This document shows, piece by piece, positions 1-11,263 of a stretch of DNA of 64,000 bases. The position numbers and the translations under genes are program-made. The notes beneath the pieces were generated by a model. It was not told where the DNA came from and did not search any database. It saw nothing but the letters and a program-made list of their open reading frames with translations. Each line of letters opens with the position of its first letter. Positions within the stretch are counted from its first letter, which is position 1. Origin of the DNA: Caecitellus pseudoparvulus. Lineage: Eukaryota; Protista; Bigyra: Bicosoecida. The stretch spans positions 1 through 64,000 of the forward strand of contig CBFFRQ010000080.1 in the NCBI GenBank assembly GCA_965644315.1, read 5' to 3'.

Positions 1-1293
1 CAGGCGGGGGTCGCTGGCCACGTGCTCTGTCGCCTGCACAGTGCGGAACACTGCCCGCGCCACCGGCACCACGTACCGCTGCAGGTCCGCCTGCGGCAAG
101 TGCCCAGCCATGGCCCCGAACACGTTCAGCACCGTGGTGGCCGCTGGTCCGCCCTGCTGCACTGCCGTGTTGCTGAGGCGCTGCAGCAGCCAGAACAGCG
201 GGTCCCGCGCACCACCGTCGTCATCTTGGGCGGTGTGTGTGGAGGGCGAGCTGTCACGCTGCACCGCCTTGCCGCCCACCACCTCCACGCCACCCACGAG
301 CAGGGTGCACTTGCCGGCCAAGCGAGCCGTGCGCTTGGCGAGGTGGGGCGGGATGATGTTGCAGGAGCTGGGCGGCGTCGTGGCGTACAGCCCCACCGCC
401 GTGAACAGCAGCACCCGCGCCAGAGCCGTGCCATGCTCCCTGCTCAACGTCCCGTCCGCCAGCTGCACACAGGCTGCCCGGGCCAGGGCGAACAGGCGCT
501 CATCCCCAGCCAGCCACGCCGCCACGCCAGGCGGTGGGGGGCAGCTCCCCACGCTCGCCACTGCCACGGTGTTCAGGACGGCGCCCAGCCACCTGGCTGC
601 TGCAGCCCGCACCCACGCGTGGAGGAACACCATGATGTCGGTCAGGGCATCCAGAGACGTCCACAGCGCACTGTGCAGCGTGGTAGCAGTGGTGGTGGCG
701 TCAGAATCCTACGCCTTCCCTACCTTGCGCCGCCGCTTCGTGCCGCTGGCAGGCGTACCACCACTGCCACTGCCACTGCCACCAGTGCCAGCCGCTGCCT
801 CGCTCAGCACACGAGGGTGTGCCTCCCACAGACGCTGCAGGAGGGTGCAGGCGTAATTCGCCGTGTCCCACGGCAGGGCTGCGGCAGACTTGCGGGCCTG
901 CGCCTGAGCCGCACGCCGCGCAGCCACGGCAGGCGTCACCGCACGCCTCCACCTGTCCACGCTCCCGTCACACCTGGCATCACTGTCGTGGCCCTCCAGC
1001 TCTCCGCCACCACCCGCCACTTCATTCGGCACGGCACGTGCAGTGTCAGGCGCACTGACCTGCCCCGACCCACCCGCCGCACCCAGCAACGCCAGACTGC
1101 CCCCCACTGCCGCCGTAGCATCCTCCACGTCGCTCACATCACCAGCACCATCATCATCACCCGTCGCTGCGTCTTCCTCCAAGTGCTGAGCGTGCCGCAT
1201 GGCTGCCGAGGCAGCGTCACTCGCCTGTGCCTCCTGCACGCCCTCAGGTACAGGCGCCAGGGCTGATCCATCGCCCCCCTCCCCCTTCCTCAT
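1..1293 (-). pseudogene. UTP20: 5'-truncated UTP20-like (SSU processome HEAT protein) C-terminal fragment with an in-frame TAG at 709-711; runs off the window edge
   Basis: Reading through the TAG gives ...WDTANYACTLLQRLWEAHP...LWTSLDALTDIMVFLHAWVRAAAARWLG...LFALARAACVQL...PLFWLLQRLS...LQRYVVPVARAVFR. From memory this matches the UTP20 C-terminal pattern (W..Y..L..L.KL; H.WVR..A.R..G; L.WL..RLS). The frame is closed upstream at 1366-1368, leaving no room for the >2000 aa N-terminal part. Confidence 0.6.
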
Positions 1294-1762
1294 GTGTGGT
1301 ACGATTTTCGGTATTGGAAGGGTGTCTTGTGGCAGACCACCTCCACCCTGGGAATGCCGTCGAACTCACACTGATCCAATCATCCTGACCCAATACGACA
1401 GCTATCCTCCACAAAGCATTGCCATGAACCACAAGATGTCATGTGTCGAGGCCCTGAAAGCGTGTGCAAGAACTGTCTGCAGGCCAGCTCCCAGACACCG
1501 GGTGCACGGCTGAGAGGAGCTGGATGCCCCCCTCAAGCTGGACACGCGCGTGTCTGGAGCCGGGCACAATTGACAAACCTGGCCCAAAACACCTTAACCT
1601 CCCACCGCACTGCCCCCACACAGCGCCCCCCACGCACACCACTCCAACCCCCCGGTCCTGTCTGCTTTGTGGCAGTCTGACTGGTTGTCAGCGGGCGGGC
1701 CGACACACCCGTGGACCTCCCACCCCTCCTCCCCTGCACTGGTGGCTGGCCAGGGGACGATC

Positions 1763-3653
1763 ATGGCCGCCACCGCGCCCACTCCGCCCATCCTGCGCCT
1801 GGTGTCACTGAACGCTGCCATCCCGCACATCGACGTGCATGTGGGTGTGCCGTCGACGCTGGGCCGGGCGCCGGGCCAGGGCGCTGGCGCCGTCACCATC
1901 AACCACCAGAGCGTTTCCTCCCGCCACGCCAGTGTGCTGGCCACTGGCCCGGGATCAGTGCTGGTGACGGACCTGGGCAGCTCGAATGGCACCTTTGTGA
2001 ACCGAAAAATGCGGCTGCAGCCGCATGTCGGCATCACGCTTACTCACGGCATGGAGCTGAGCCTGGTGTTGCCACGCAGCCGCAAGGCCATGGTGCTGGA
2101 AAATGACGTGTCCTTCGTCGTGCATGACATGTCGGTGGTCAAGTCAGGTGCGTGATGCGGCGAGGGCGGCCTCCGGCGTGGTGCGGTTTTTGCTGGGCAA
2201 TCGCCACACTGGCGTGGATGCGGCGGCCTCCTGCGCCACGCGCAGCAGCACACAGCACCTGGCACACACCACACATGAGTCTGCATTGCCCTTCCTCCAC
2301 ACAGACACCGCCATCGCCACGTTGAACGAGGCAGGCCTGCGGGCCAACTACGAATTCCTGAAGGAGCTGGGCGCTGGCACCTTTGGGCAGGTGTACCTGG
2401 TGCGGCACAAGGCCTCTGGCCTACGGTACGCGGCGAAGCTCATCGACAAGGCCCGCATGGCGCAGTTGGCAGGCCCCAATGCCGGCAAGTACTTGCTGGG
2501 TGAGATCACGCTGCTGCACAAGCTGCGGCACCCGCACATCGTGAACATGCACCAGGTGTGCGAGACCAAGACGCATGTCGTCATCCTGCTGCAGTACGCG
2601 ACAGACGGCGACTTGCAGGGGCTGCTGGACAAGTTCCCTCGGGGGGTGGGCGAGACGCCTGCACGCACCATTCTCTCCGCCATCATGACAGCTCTGGCTT
2701 ACCTGCACGAGCACAACGTCATCCACCGCGACCTGAAGCCGGAGAACGTCCTGCTCACGGACAGGTCTGTGGAGTTGCAGTCGCACACTGTGCAGCAGGG
2801 GCCTGGCGCGGCCATACCCTCTGCCGTGGCGCAGGGGGGGGCGGTGGAGGAGGGTGATGACGAGGACCACGATGTGTCCCTGGAGGGTGCCCACACCATC
2901 GCCCTGGCAGAAGGGGGGACATCTCCAGGGGTGGGGACACCCGGTCTCGGAACACCCGGTCTCGGAACACCGGCCATCGCGGAGACGGTGCAGGACGCCC
3001 CCACGCCGCTGCTGCCGAAGCTTGCGGATTTTGGACTGGCCAAGGCCTGTGACGCGCGCGGCATCACGGCGACGGTGTGTGGGACGCCCATTTACACGGC
3101 GCCTGAGATCATGACGCAGGGCGTGGGCGGACAGGGGTATGACGCACGCGTGGACGTGTGGGCGGCAGGGCTGGTGTTGTGGCAGCTGTTGACGGGCGGT
3201 CTGCCCCTGGACCTGCGGCGGGGTGCTGCCCCTCTGCAGAACCAAATTCTGGGCATGGTAAAGAAGGGCTACGTGCTGCCCTTCCCACCCTCCATGCCGG
3301 AGCTGGCGCGGAAATTGCTGTCACGCATGCTGTGCCCCCGCGCCAACCGCCTGACTGCTGCAGGGGTCTTGGCACACCCGTTTCTGACACAAGGCAGCAA
3401 AGTGACCAAATCTCTCGCCCTTGGCCTGGCACGTGCGCCCACTGTCATGCAGGTGTCCCACAGGCCCAAGCTGGACGCAGCGCCAGGTGCGGCGTTGGGC
3501 GGCTCGAAACGCCCCGCGCCAGGCGCCGACGGCGGCAGCTCCTCACGGCAAGGCGCCGCAGTTGCTGCTGCTGCGCGGGGCAGTCGGCGTGTGACTGCGC
3601 GGGCTGCTGCTGCTGCCGGTGCTGTGTCGCCGACGAAGCGCAGCAGGCGTTGA
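1763..3653 (+). CDS. FHA domain + Ser/Thr protein kinase (CHK2/Cds1/Mek1-like architecture)
   Basis: Exon 1 has FHA motifs LGR..VSSRHA..DLGSSNGTFVN. Intron 2148-2304 (gtgcgt..acag) joins in frame to a kinase with GAGTFG, AAK, HRDLKPEN, DFG, CGTPIYTAPE and DVWAAG. Confidence 0.9.
2937..2971 (+). repeat. 15-bp tandem duplication (acacccggtctcgga x2.3) encoding TPGLG repeats in the kinase insert
   Basis: Directly visible: acacccggtctcgga acacccggtctcgga acacc. Confidence 0.9.
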
Positions 3654-3773
3654 CTTGCAACGCCAAGCAGGGCCGCCAAAAATCCACTTACACGGCGCAG
3701 CGCGAGCCAGGCGTGTAGAACTGCACATGATACTTGCAAGGCGGGATTGTGTACGTGGTAGCCTTCTGTGCGT

Positions 3774-6700
3774 ATGGCGGCGGGGGGCGGGTACCATGGC
3801 GCAGCCTACACGGTGCTGCACTCGCTGCACTGCTGGAAGCGCCGAAACGTCCTGCCCACCTTCCGCCAGCGCTTCATTCAAGTGGTCATGCACGAGGATG
3901 CCATGTCAGGCGGCGAGCTGTACCACTTGCTGCTGTACAAGCGCCCCAGGGACGCACAGCCACACACGCTGGTGCCTGTGGACGAGGTGAGTGAAACGTT
4001 GGCGAAACGGACGGCTGTGCTCGCAGGTTCGCTGCGACCACTCTGCGCAGGCCTGCGAAGTGAGCGCCTTGGCAGAGGTGCCTTTCATGCCCTGTGCCAG
4101 TGGTGGCCGACAAGAGGAGGAGCCTGTGGAGGCGGCGGGCGGCGCCATTCGCAAGCTGCCCAGCTTCAGCGAAAGCAGCGCAGCCAGCGCGTGGGTGTCT
4201 GAGGACTCCAGCGCCTTCCAAGCACACCTGCGGCAGGCCACGGGGCCCAGCGGCGAGGGATCAGGGGACGACGCACCTACGTTCCGTTTCGAGGTGCAGT
4301 TCCGCCCACGGGGGGCGGGGCACACGCAGCGCATCACGCTCGCCACCGGCACCCTGCGGCAACGCGAGCAGCTCACGGGCCTCCTGCGGCGCATCGCGGC
4401 GACGGGGACGCACCGCACCCCCCCCTCGTCGGTCATGGCATCCCCCCTCGCGCGGGCGGCAGCGGCGCGCCCGACCACGCCAGAGACGGCTGACCCCGCC
4501 GCAGCCACGCTGCCAGGCAGCAGCGTCTCGCGGCGGTCGCTGGCCAGACTGGACACGCCGCCTGCCCTGCCGAGTCACCTGGAGCTGCTGGAGTCACCAG
4601 TGTCGCAGGTGGGGGGGCTGTCCCCCCGCCCCCGCCACGCGCGTCACCTCTCACTCCGCGCACAGCGGGCGTCGTCGTCGGAGGAGGAGGTGGACCTGGT
4701 GCGTTTCATGGATGACGACGTAGCGGGTGACGGCGGGGAGCGAGCTCAGGGCCCCCTCCCCAGAGGCCCTGCTCCCCCCCCTCCGCCCGCTCCAGCCCCC
4801 CCCGATGCTGCCCATGCCTTGTTGGAGGGTTGCCAGAGGCAGTGGCAGGGGCTGCCCCCCCCCCCAGTGTCCGTGGGACCCCCTGCTCCTGGGCATGGCT
4901 GCGCTGGCGCTGGGGGCGGAGCAGCGTCTGCGTGGGTGGGGGGCGGTGGGGGATGTGCGGGAGGGGGGTCTGGTGGGGGGTGGAGGGGGGGTCGCCCCGC
5001 CCCCCCGCCGCCCCCCCTCCTGGTCCTGGGGCGGCGACAGCGACAACGGCAGCCTGCCCCCCCCCTCGGCAGAGGAGGCGGTGCAGCTGGACATGGGCCC
5101 AGCCGTGCGTGCGGAATTAGCGCAGCAGGCGCCCGCTGCAGATCCAGGCATGGCTGCGCTGGAGTGTGCAGCAGCCAGCATGCGCCAGGCTGCAACGCCG
5201 GCCCTGGCAGACATTGCCCAGCGCGTAGCACGGGCGGGGCCGTGGGTTGGTCAGGGGGGCCTTGCCGCTGCAGCTGGCGCCTGGCGCCGCCTCGTCACCA
5301 ACACAGCGCTGAGTGTGACGCCAAGCGCAGCGCACGGGAAGCCAGCACTGGTCATGGCGTCAGCTGCACCCACAGACAGCATTCTGGCCGGTGGAAGTGG
5401 GGTGAGCCCTGTGGAGGTGCGGGCGGGGGGTCATTTTCCGCACTCTCGCGCAGCCCTGCTGCGTTTCCTGTGGGACCCCCGCCACCGCAGCACGCTGGAC
5501 CCCTGGGTGGCGCAAGTCACGCCCCTGCGCACAATTGCAAGGTGTGCGGACCCAGTTGCAGCCGTTCGCAAGGCGCTGGGGCGGTCAGCAGGCCCCATTG
5601 ACACCTCGCCCACCCACGCCATCGCCGCCGCAGCCACCACCTGGTGGGGCAGCGGCGACAGGGCAAATTGGGTCGCCCGCGAAGCTGCCCGGGCTGGCAC
5701 CTCTGCCCTGCCCGTGGTGACGAACGAGCATGGCATGCCTGCCTGCCACACGGTGCTGCAGCACACCCTCCTGCTGCCGCTGCGCCGCGTTTCGCGGCAG
5801 CACTCCGTGCGAAACGCTCCCGCTGCAGGCGGCACGAGCCTGTCCCTGCTGCACTGGCAAGTGGACCCACCCGAGCATGGTGGGCGGCTGTACATTGTAG
5901 AAGCGTCTGTTCCGCCCCCCGACGAGTGTGACTTGCCGCTCGGGCCTGCAGGCGCTGGCTCAGGGCGTTTGAACCCTGTGCGCGCCGCCGCCCAAGCTGT
6001 GCACGCTGACCCAGCTGTGCTGGCAGCGAAGCAGCGCACGGCAGAGGCAGGGGGGGGCTTCCAAGTGGACGTGCACGTGCGTGCGTGGATCATCACCCCT
6101 CGCAGCGGCGCCCAGTCTGCGGAAGCAGCAGTGCGCAGCAGACAAGCGGCGTTTCTCGCCGCCGTGCGCGCCAGCGCAGCGTCCGGTGACTTGGCGCCGC
6201 TGCGGCAGTGGCAAGAGCACCCGTCGCCGCAGAGGGCAACTGCGACATTCGACACGGATGCAGGGGGTTGCGACGTCACGTTTCTGGAGAGTTTCCGGGT
6301 ATTGGCAGCTGAGGGCGCCTCGCAGCGCCGCCTGGACGTGCCATGGGCGAGCCTCACTGCAGCATGTGCTGCGCGGGCAAGTGACATGCTGAGCGCTCTG
6401 CGTGGGGCACTGGAAGCAGCACCTGCCCCTGCACTGCACTTGCCGCTGTCTCAGCTGTGTGTGACAGGGCACCCTGTCCCGCTCACTGCCAGCGCGTCAG
6501 CGGCAAGTGCAGTGCAGGAGGAGCTGCACCCAGTGCAGCCGAGTGGTGCACGGCTCATGTGGCCTGTGCTGAGCCTCCTGGCGGCAGGGGCCAGCAGACA
6601 CCACGTAAGCTCCCTGCGCCGGTGGTGGCGGGCCATCGCTCCGGTTGTGTGGGGGCGCGCTCTGCGCAGTGGCGTGCCGCCTGCACACGCGTTGCGTTGT

Positions 6701-7510
6701 TCCGCAGGTCTGCGCTGCCCCATTCCACACCCCTCCAATACGCCCACACACGTGCCAGCGCTGTCCTTACTGGAGAGCTGCAAAGAAAACGCCGCCAGCG
6801 TCGTGTGGGCACACCGTCTGGGCTGGGTGGACGCTGACCTCGCCCGGGCTGTGCTGCGCCTGCCGCTGCCACAAGGCGGCAGTGATGTGCGCACGGCTGG
6901 CGCACCCCACGCTCCGCCCCGCCCCCGCACAGCCAGCCAGGAGGAAATCACACACGACACAGTGCAAGCCCTGATGCACGTGACGCTGGGCCGGCGTGCC
7001 TCTGTTGCAGCGCAGCACGCTCTGCGGCGGCTGTCTTCAGCGGTGACCCTTCTCAGTCCCCGCGTTGCAGGGGAGAGTGACTCGGCGAGTCACTCGGCCG
7101 ACCACCCCCCCAGCCCCCAGGCCGTGGAGGAGCTGGCAGTGCAGCGCATGCTGGGTGTCGTCATGCTGGGCCTCATCCTCGCCACCGCCCTATTGAATGC
7201 TTCTCAGCTGGCGGCCGCAGCTGACTGGGCCGTGTTGACTCCGGTGACTTGGGGTGTGGCGTGGGCGGCACGCGCCACAGGCCTGCACGCGATGCCAGGC
7301 AGCGCCCACGTGGCCAGTGCCTGGGCCCTCGTGCAGTGGCCGCTGGCCCTGCTCATCGCCACCGCTGCCCTGCTGCCGCTGGCTGTGACCGCCTCAGGAC
7401 ATGCCGTGTTCCAGGCGCCAAGGCTGCTGAGGGCCGGGGCGGCCTGGCTGGGGGGGGCACGGACAACGGCCGACGACGGCACAGACTCGGCCGCGAAGAA
7501 AAATGCATGA
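3774..7510 (+). CDS. PH domain + START-like lipid-transfer domain protein with C-terminal transmembrane helices (one frame break at the C11 run 4855-4865)
   Basis: Exon 1 WKRRNVLPTFRQRFIQV..LLLYK, intron 3987-4050, then FRFEVQF..ITLATGTLRQREQLTGLL completes a PH-like fold. After the C-run, VEVRAGGHFPHSRAALLRFLWDPRHRSTLDPW and later ..HVRAWIITP..GCDVTFLE resemble START. Two to three hydrophobic segments lie at the C-terminus. Confidence 0.65.
7502..7507 (+). terminator. AATGCA candidate poly(A) signal abutting the stop codon
   Basis: aaATGCA-TGA: the motif forms the last two codons of the PH-START gene. Confidence 0.55.
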
Positions 7511-7625
7511 ACTCGATCATGCTGTGCCAATGAATGGCCCAAAAGCTGTGTCGTGTGCAGGCCCAGCTGCCCAGTGCCGTGGTCGCAAATTGCGTGGTGT
7601 GAGCGTCTAGCCCACCTCCACAGCC

Positions 7626-9174
7626 ATGGCCAGCGAGACAGGAGGGAGCGCCGCGCCCACGCTGCACTTTGTGGATAACTTCACCTTTGAGCGGCTCTCT
7701 GACTGCGTCTTCAAGGTGGTGCAGGTGCAGGGGCTCGCGGCGTGTCGGCGTTTCGTCTCCGTTTCACCCCGCCAACCGCGCCGCCGCACAGGCCGACCAC
7801 TGCGGCGAGTTCCCCTTCTTCTACGTCATCCTGGGCTCCGACAAGATCATTGTCATTGACACGGGTGTGGGGCCGCCTTCTGGCGAGATCGGCGCCGCGG
7901 CAGCTGCTGCAGCGCCGCAAGCCAAGCGCAGCCTGCGAGCCATCCTGGACGAGCAGCTGAACCCGGCGGGGCTGCCGTACAAGATCCTGGCCACGCACGT
8001 GCACTACGACCACATTGGAAACGTTGCAGGCTTTGCAGACGAGGCTGGGCATGTGGACGTGGCCATGGGTGACGGCGACAAGGAGTACGCGAGCCGCATT
8101 GCGGATTTTGCATGTGGCGCTGCTCGGGGTGCGCGGGTGGCGCCCTTCACCGTCACGCAGTGGCTGGCGCCGGGGGAGGAGGTGTTCCTGGACGATTCCC
8201 GCCCCTGCGCCTGGAACGCCGTGCGAGCCCTGCCCACTCCCGGCCACACCCCCGACGGCACGGCGTACTTCTTTCCCCGTGAGGGGCGCCTCTTCGTGGC
8301 GGACACGGTGTATCCCTTCACAGCCATCTCGCTGCTGTGTCGGGGGTCCTCCTTGCCAGGGTACGCGGGGTCCATCACCAACCTGCTGCAGGTGGTGGAT
8401 GAGGCGGAGGAGGGGGGGAGGCCCCCCCCTCCCGAGGATGAGGGGGGGTCGGCGCCCATCACGGCACCCCCCCCCGACATGCCCATTCCAGCCCCCCCTT
8501 CACCCCCCTCATCCCCCCCTCCGGAGGAGGAGGACAAGGGGGGTGATTCCGTCGCGGATGCGGCGGCTGCTGCGTTGGAGGAGCTGACTCCAGCGCAACG
8601 TGAGGCGGTGACGGAACTAGTGAGTGTGTGGCTGGGGCTGGAGGGCGGTCTAGCGGGGGTCTGGCAGATCCACCGTTGGGACCCCCTGGCACTCCTGACC
8701 GTGTGTGACTGGAACGTGGAGGGGGCGGTGGGTATGTGGGGGGACATGGGGCATGCGGGGTTGCGGGGTATGATGCCGGCACCTCACGCCTCCACCTCCG
8801 CCATCGCCGCAGCAGTGGGGGGGGCGGGGTCCACCCCCGACAACGTCGTGCCGGTTGCCCTGGCTCTGCCGGTGGCGGGAGGGGGGGCGAACACCGCCCC
8901 CCCCTACGCCGTCACGCTGGCCTGCGGACACGTGGAGGCGGCACTACCTGCCCGGCCCGCGCTGAAGGACATCTTCGACACGCTGCTGGGCATTGCTGCG
9001 GGAACGGTGAAGCCGAGCAAGGTCCTGGCAATTGCTCCGGAGGCCCCCCCTGCAGGCGACACCGCCGATGGCATCGCCAGCGACGAGCCCTATCCGGAGC
9101 CGGTGGGGGCTGCAGAGTACCACAGCCTGGGGGGCTCCTTTGTCCTGCACCTGCCCTTCCCGCCTGAATTTTAG
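7626..9174 (+). CDS. Metallo-beta-lactamase-fold hydrolase (MBLAC2-like) with internal Pro-rich/UBA-like insertion
   Basis: Intron 7725-7791. Motifs IVIDTG, THVHYDHIG (HxHxDH), TPGHTPD, LFVADT and the terminal LACGH. Confidence 0.85.
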
Positions 9175-9176
9175 CA

Positions 9177-9190
9177 CAATGCATGCATTG
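9177..9190. terminator. 14-bp palindrome CAATGCATGCATTG giving AATGCA on both strands between convergent genes
   Basis: Perfect palindrome 2 nt after the MBL stop (9174) and 41 nt past the RNPS1 stop (9232). Confidence 0.65.
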
Positions 9191-9231
9191 ACAGCGGTTG
9201 GCAGGGGGTGGGGGCGTGCAACCCCCCCCCC

Positions 9232-10075
9232 TCACATCCGCCTGTGAGGGGGGGAGCGGGACCGCCCCCCCTCACAGGCAGCCCAGTGCGGAAGTTGACG
9301 CCCCCGCCCTCGGGCAGGTGCACCTCGCTGGGGTGGGCCGTCACCATACCTGGGCCCACCCCCCCACCTCCTGTGGTGTGGGGGGGGGGACCGCCCTCTG
9401 CGCATGGGGGGGGGTGGGGACCGCCCCCTCCCCCTCCTGTCCTCGCCCCACCTCCGGGCACCCGGACTGGGGCTGCGGCGATGCCTGCCTCCGTTGGATG
9501 GCGTCATGAGCAGGAGAGTCACTTGCACTGCGTTGCCGTCGATGTTGCCGCCGTGCAGACCGGCCACCACGTCGGCCGCATCTGCTGCCGAGGCCATGGT
9601 CACGTGAGCAAAGCCCTGAGGCGAAGGAGGGGTTGCGGCAGGGTGTGTGTGGAAGGAGGGGTGCGGAGGGGTGAGCAGTCTGGCCGTCACGCACTCGACT
9701 GAGGCCAGTGGCAGCGTCGTGCGGCACCTCCACCGCCAACACCTTGCCAAAGTGGCCTGCAATTTCCGCAATGTGGTCCTTGGTCACGGAGCGCGTCAGA
9801 CAGGCGATGTGCACGGTGGAAGGGGGTAGCACTGGGCTTGTGCTGCGCCTTTCCCTGCCTTCAGGGCGGGAAGGGGGGGTGAAGGACCTCCTGCCGCGTC
9901 CACGCCTGTCGGGCGATGGCGAGCGGCGGCGGCCTTCGTGCCACCTGCGGGGCTCGCCCTGTTCCGGCCCGCCTTGTGCCTGCTTGTGCACTGCACTATC
10001 GTGTGTGGATGCAGCACCCGCGCCTGCCGCAACTGGCGCGTCCCCGTCTGTGGGGACGGCGCTAGGCGCTTGCAT
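9232..10075 (-). CDS. RNPS1: RNPS1/SR45-like RRM protein (ASAP/EJC component)
   Basis: RRM VHIACLTRSVTKDHIAEIAGHFGKV..GLSR/GFAHV..LHGGNIDGNAVQV is joined in frame by intron 9616-9694 and flanked by RRSPSP-rich regions. Confidence 0.85.
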
Positions 10076-10486
10076 GTTGAGCACGGAAATTGGTTCCCCT
10101 CACAACCAGCAAAGCCAGTCCAGCAGGGCAACGCGGGGGCAAAGGCAGGTATTCAGGGGTGTAACTTGACGAGAAATGAAGTCACTCTTTCGTGCTTTGG
10201 TGGGCAGTCGTGTTTGCATTGCGAGGGGCTTTGAGCAAGAGCCAAACACACAGACTGTGTGACCCTCGCCGAGCAATGCCCGCCATTCACCCTGCTTGCC
10301 GCACAGGCGGTCACGAGGGGGCAGCAGGCATGCCTTGGAGACCTGCCAACCGTGTCGTCATTACGCACAGGTGCCGCTCGGGGGTTTCAGGCGCTCCTCA
10401 CCTGCCGAGGCAGCGAACAGCCAGAAGGGACGAACCACACCAAAGGTGTTGAACACGGCAAGTGTGCTGCTGTGGGGAGCAACGCC

Positions 10487-10875
10487 CTACTTCTTCCTGT
10501 GCGTGGGGAAATGCCAGGAGAGTGTCGGCGCATGTGCGTGGCTCAGCGTCCACTGTCGCACTGCTCCGGCGTGGCGTTGCAACGCACCCGTGTGCTGCAG
10601 CCTCCGCCTTGACCCGTGCCGCCTCCGCTCGCAGCTCCTTAATCACCGCCGCAAGGGCCTCTGGATTGACACCACAGTCGCACAGCTGCATGATGATGCG
10701 CACGGCATCCCGGTCCAGCCCCGTGTCCAGCAAGTTGGCCAGTTCAAAGCCGGCTGTGCGCGAAACGCCAAGGCGGGTACAGTGACCCCCGCTCACGCGG
10801 TTCGCAGCGACACATGGGCGACGCACCATCCACTGCAGTGTCTGGAAAGCCCTGGCTTGACTCCTTGGCTGCCAT
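10487..10875 (-). CDS. MZT1: Mitotic-spindle organizing protein 1 (MOZART1/GIP1)
   Basis: Three exons (introns 10754-10826 and 10497-10587) give about 74 aa with ELANLLDTGLDR..LCDCGVNPEALAAVIKELR, the diagnostic MZT1 signature. Confidence 0.93.
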
Positions 10876-11263
10876 GGTGGTCAGAGGAGCGTGCAGGCAG
10901 TCGAAAGGTCCGCTGGCGTTTCGCCGGCTGCCGTGAAACGCAAGTTTGCACACAGCCTCAGGCACTGCCGAGCGGCACAGGGCCGTTGAAGAGCAAGCTA
11001 TTTAAAAGGTTCAGGATAAAGTGGTATTCTTTTCCAGCAAGCAGCGTTTTGGTCGGTGGAGCGAGTACCAATTGCTGCGGCGGTGTCACACAAATCGGGA
11101 ACGGAGCAGGCAGTTCAAGAGGCACACAGGCAAACGCGAGACAAAACTGCAACCTGCGACATCCACCACACAGCACCCCTGCATATACCCTTGCCTGTGT
11201 TCAGGCCCCTGTGCAGCCTCTGCGCCAGGCGCCTCGCGCGGCAGCGTGCCTCACGCAACAGGC

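Noticed and set aside
709-711. TAG reassignment (alternative genetic code) suggested by the in-frame TAG in the UTP20 fragment
   Set aside because: TAG terminates conserved proteins at their expected ends (EEF1AKMT1, BAF, MZT1), and no other internal TAG was seen in conserved domains.
1290-1600. Lower-GC segment as a mobile element
   Set aside because: No terminal repeats, target-site duplication or transposase/RT similarity visible.
10995-11010. TATTTAAAA and scattered E2F-like (GCGGAAA/GCGAAAA) words in divergent spacers as a shared promoter motif
   Set aside because: Short, inconsistent in position and also found in introns and CDS; not supportable without TSS data.
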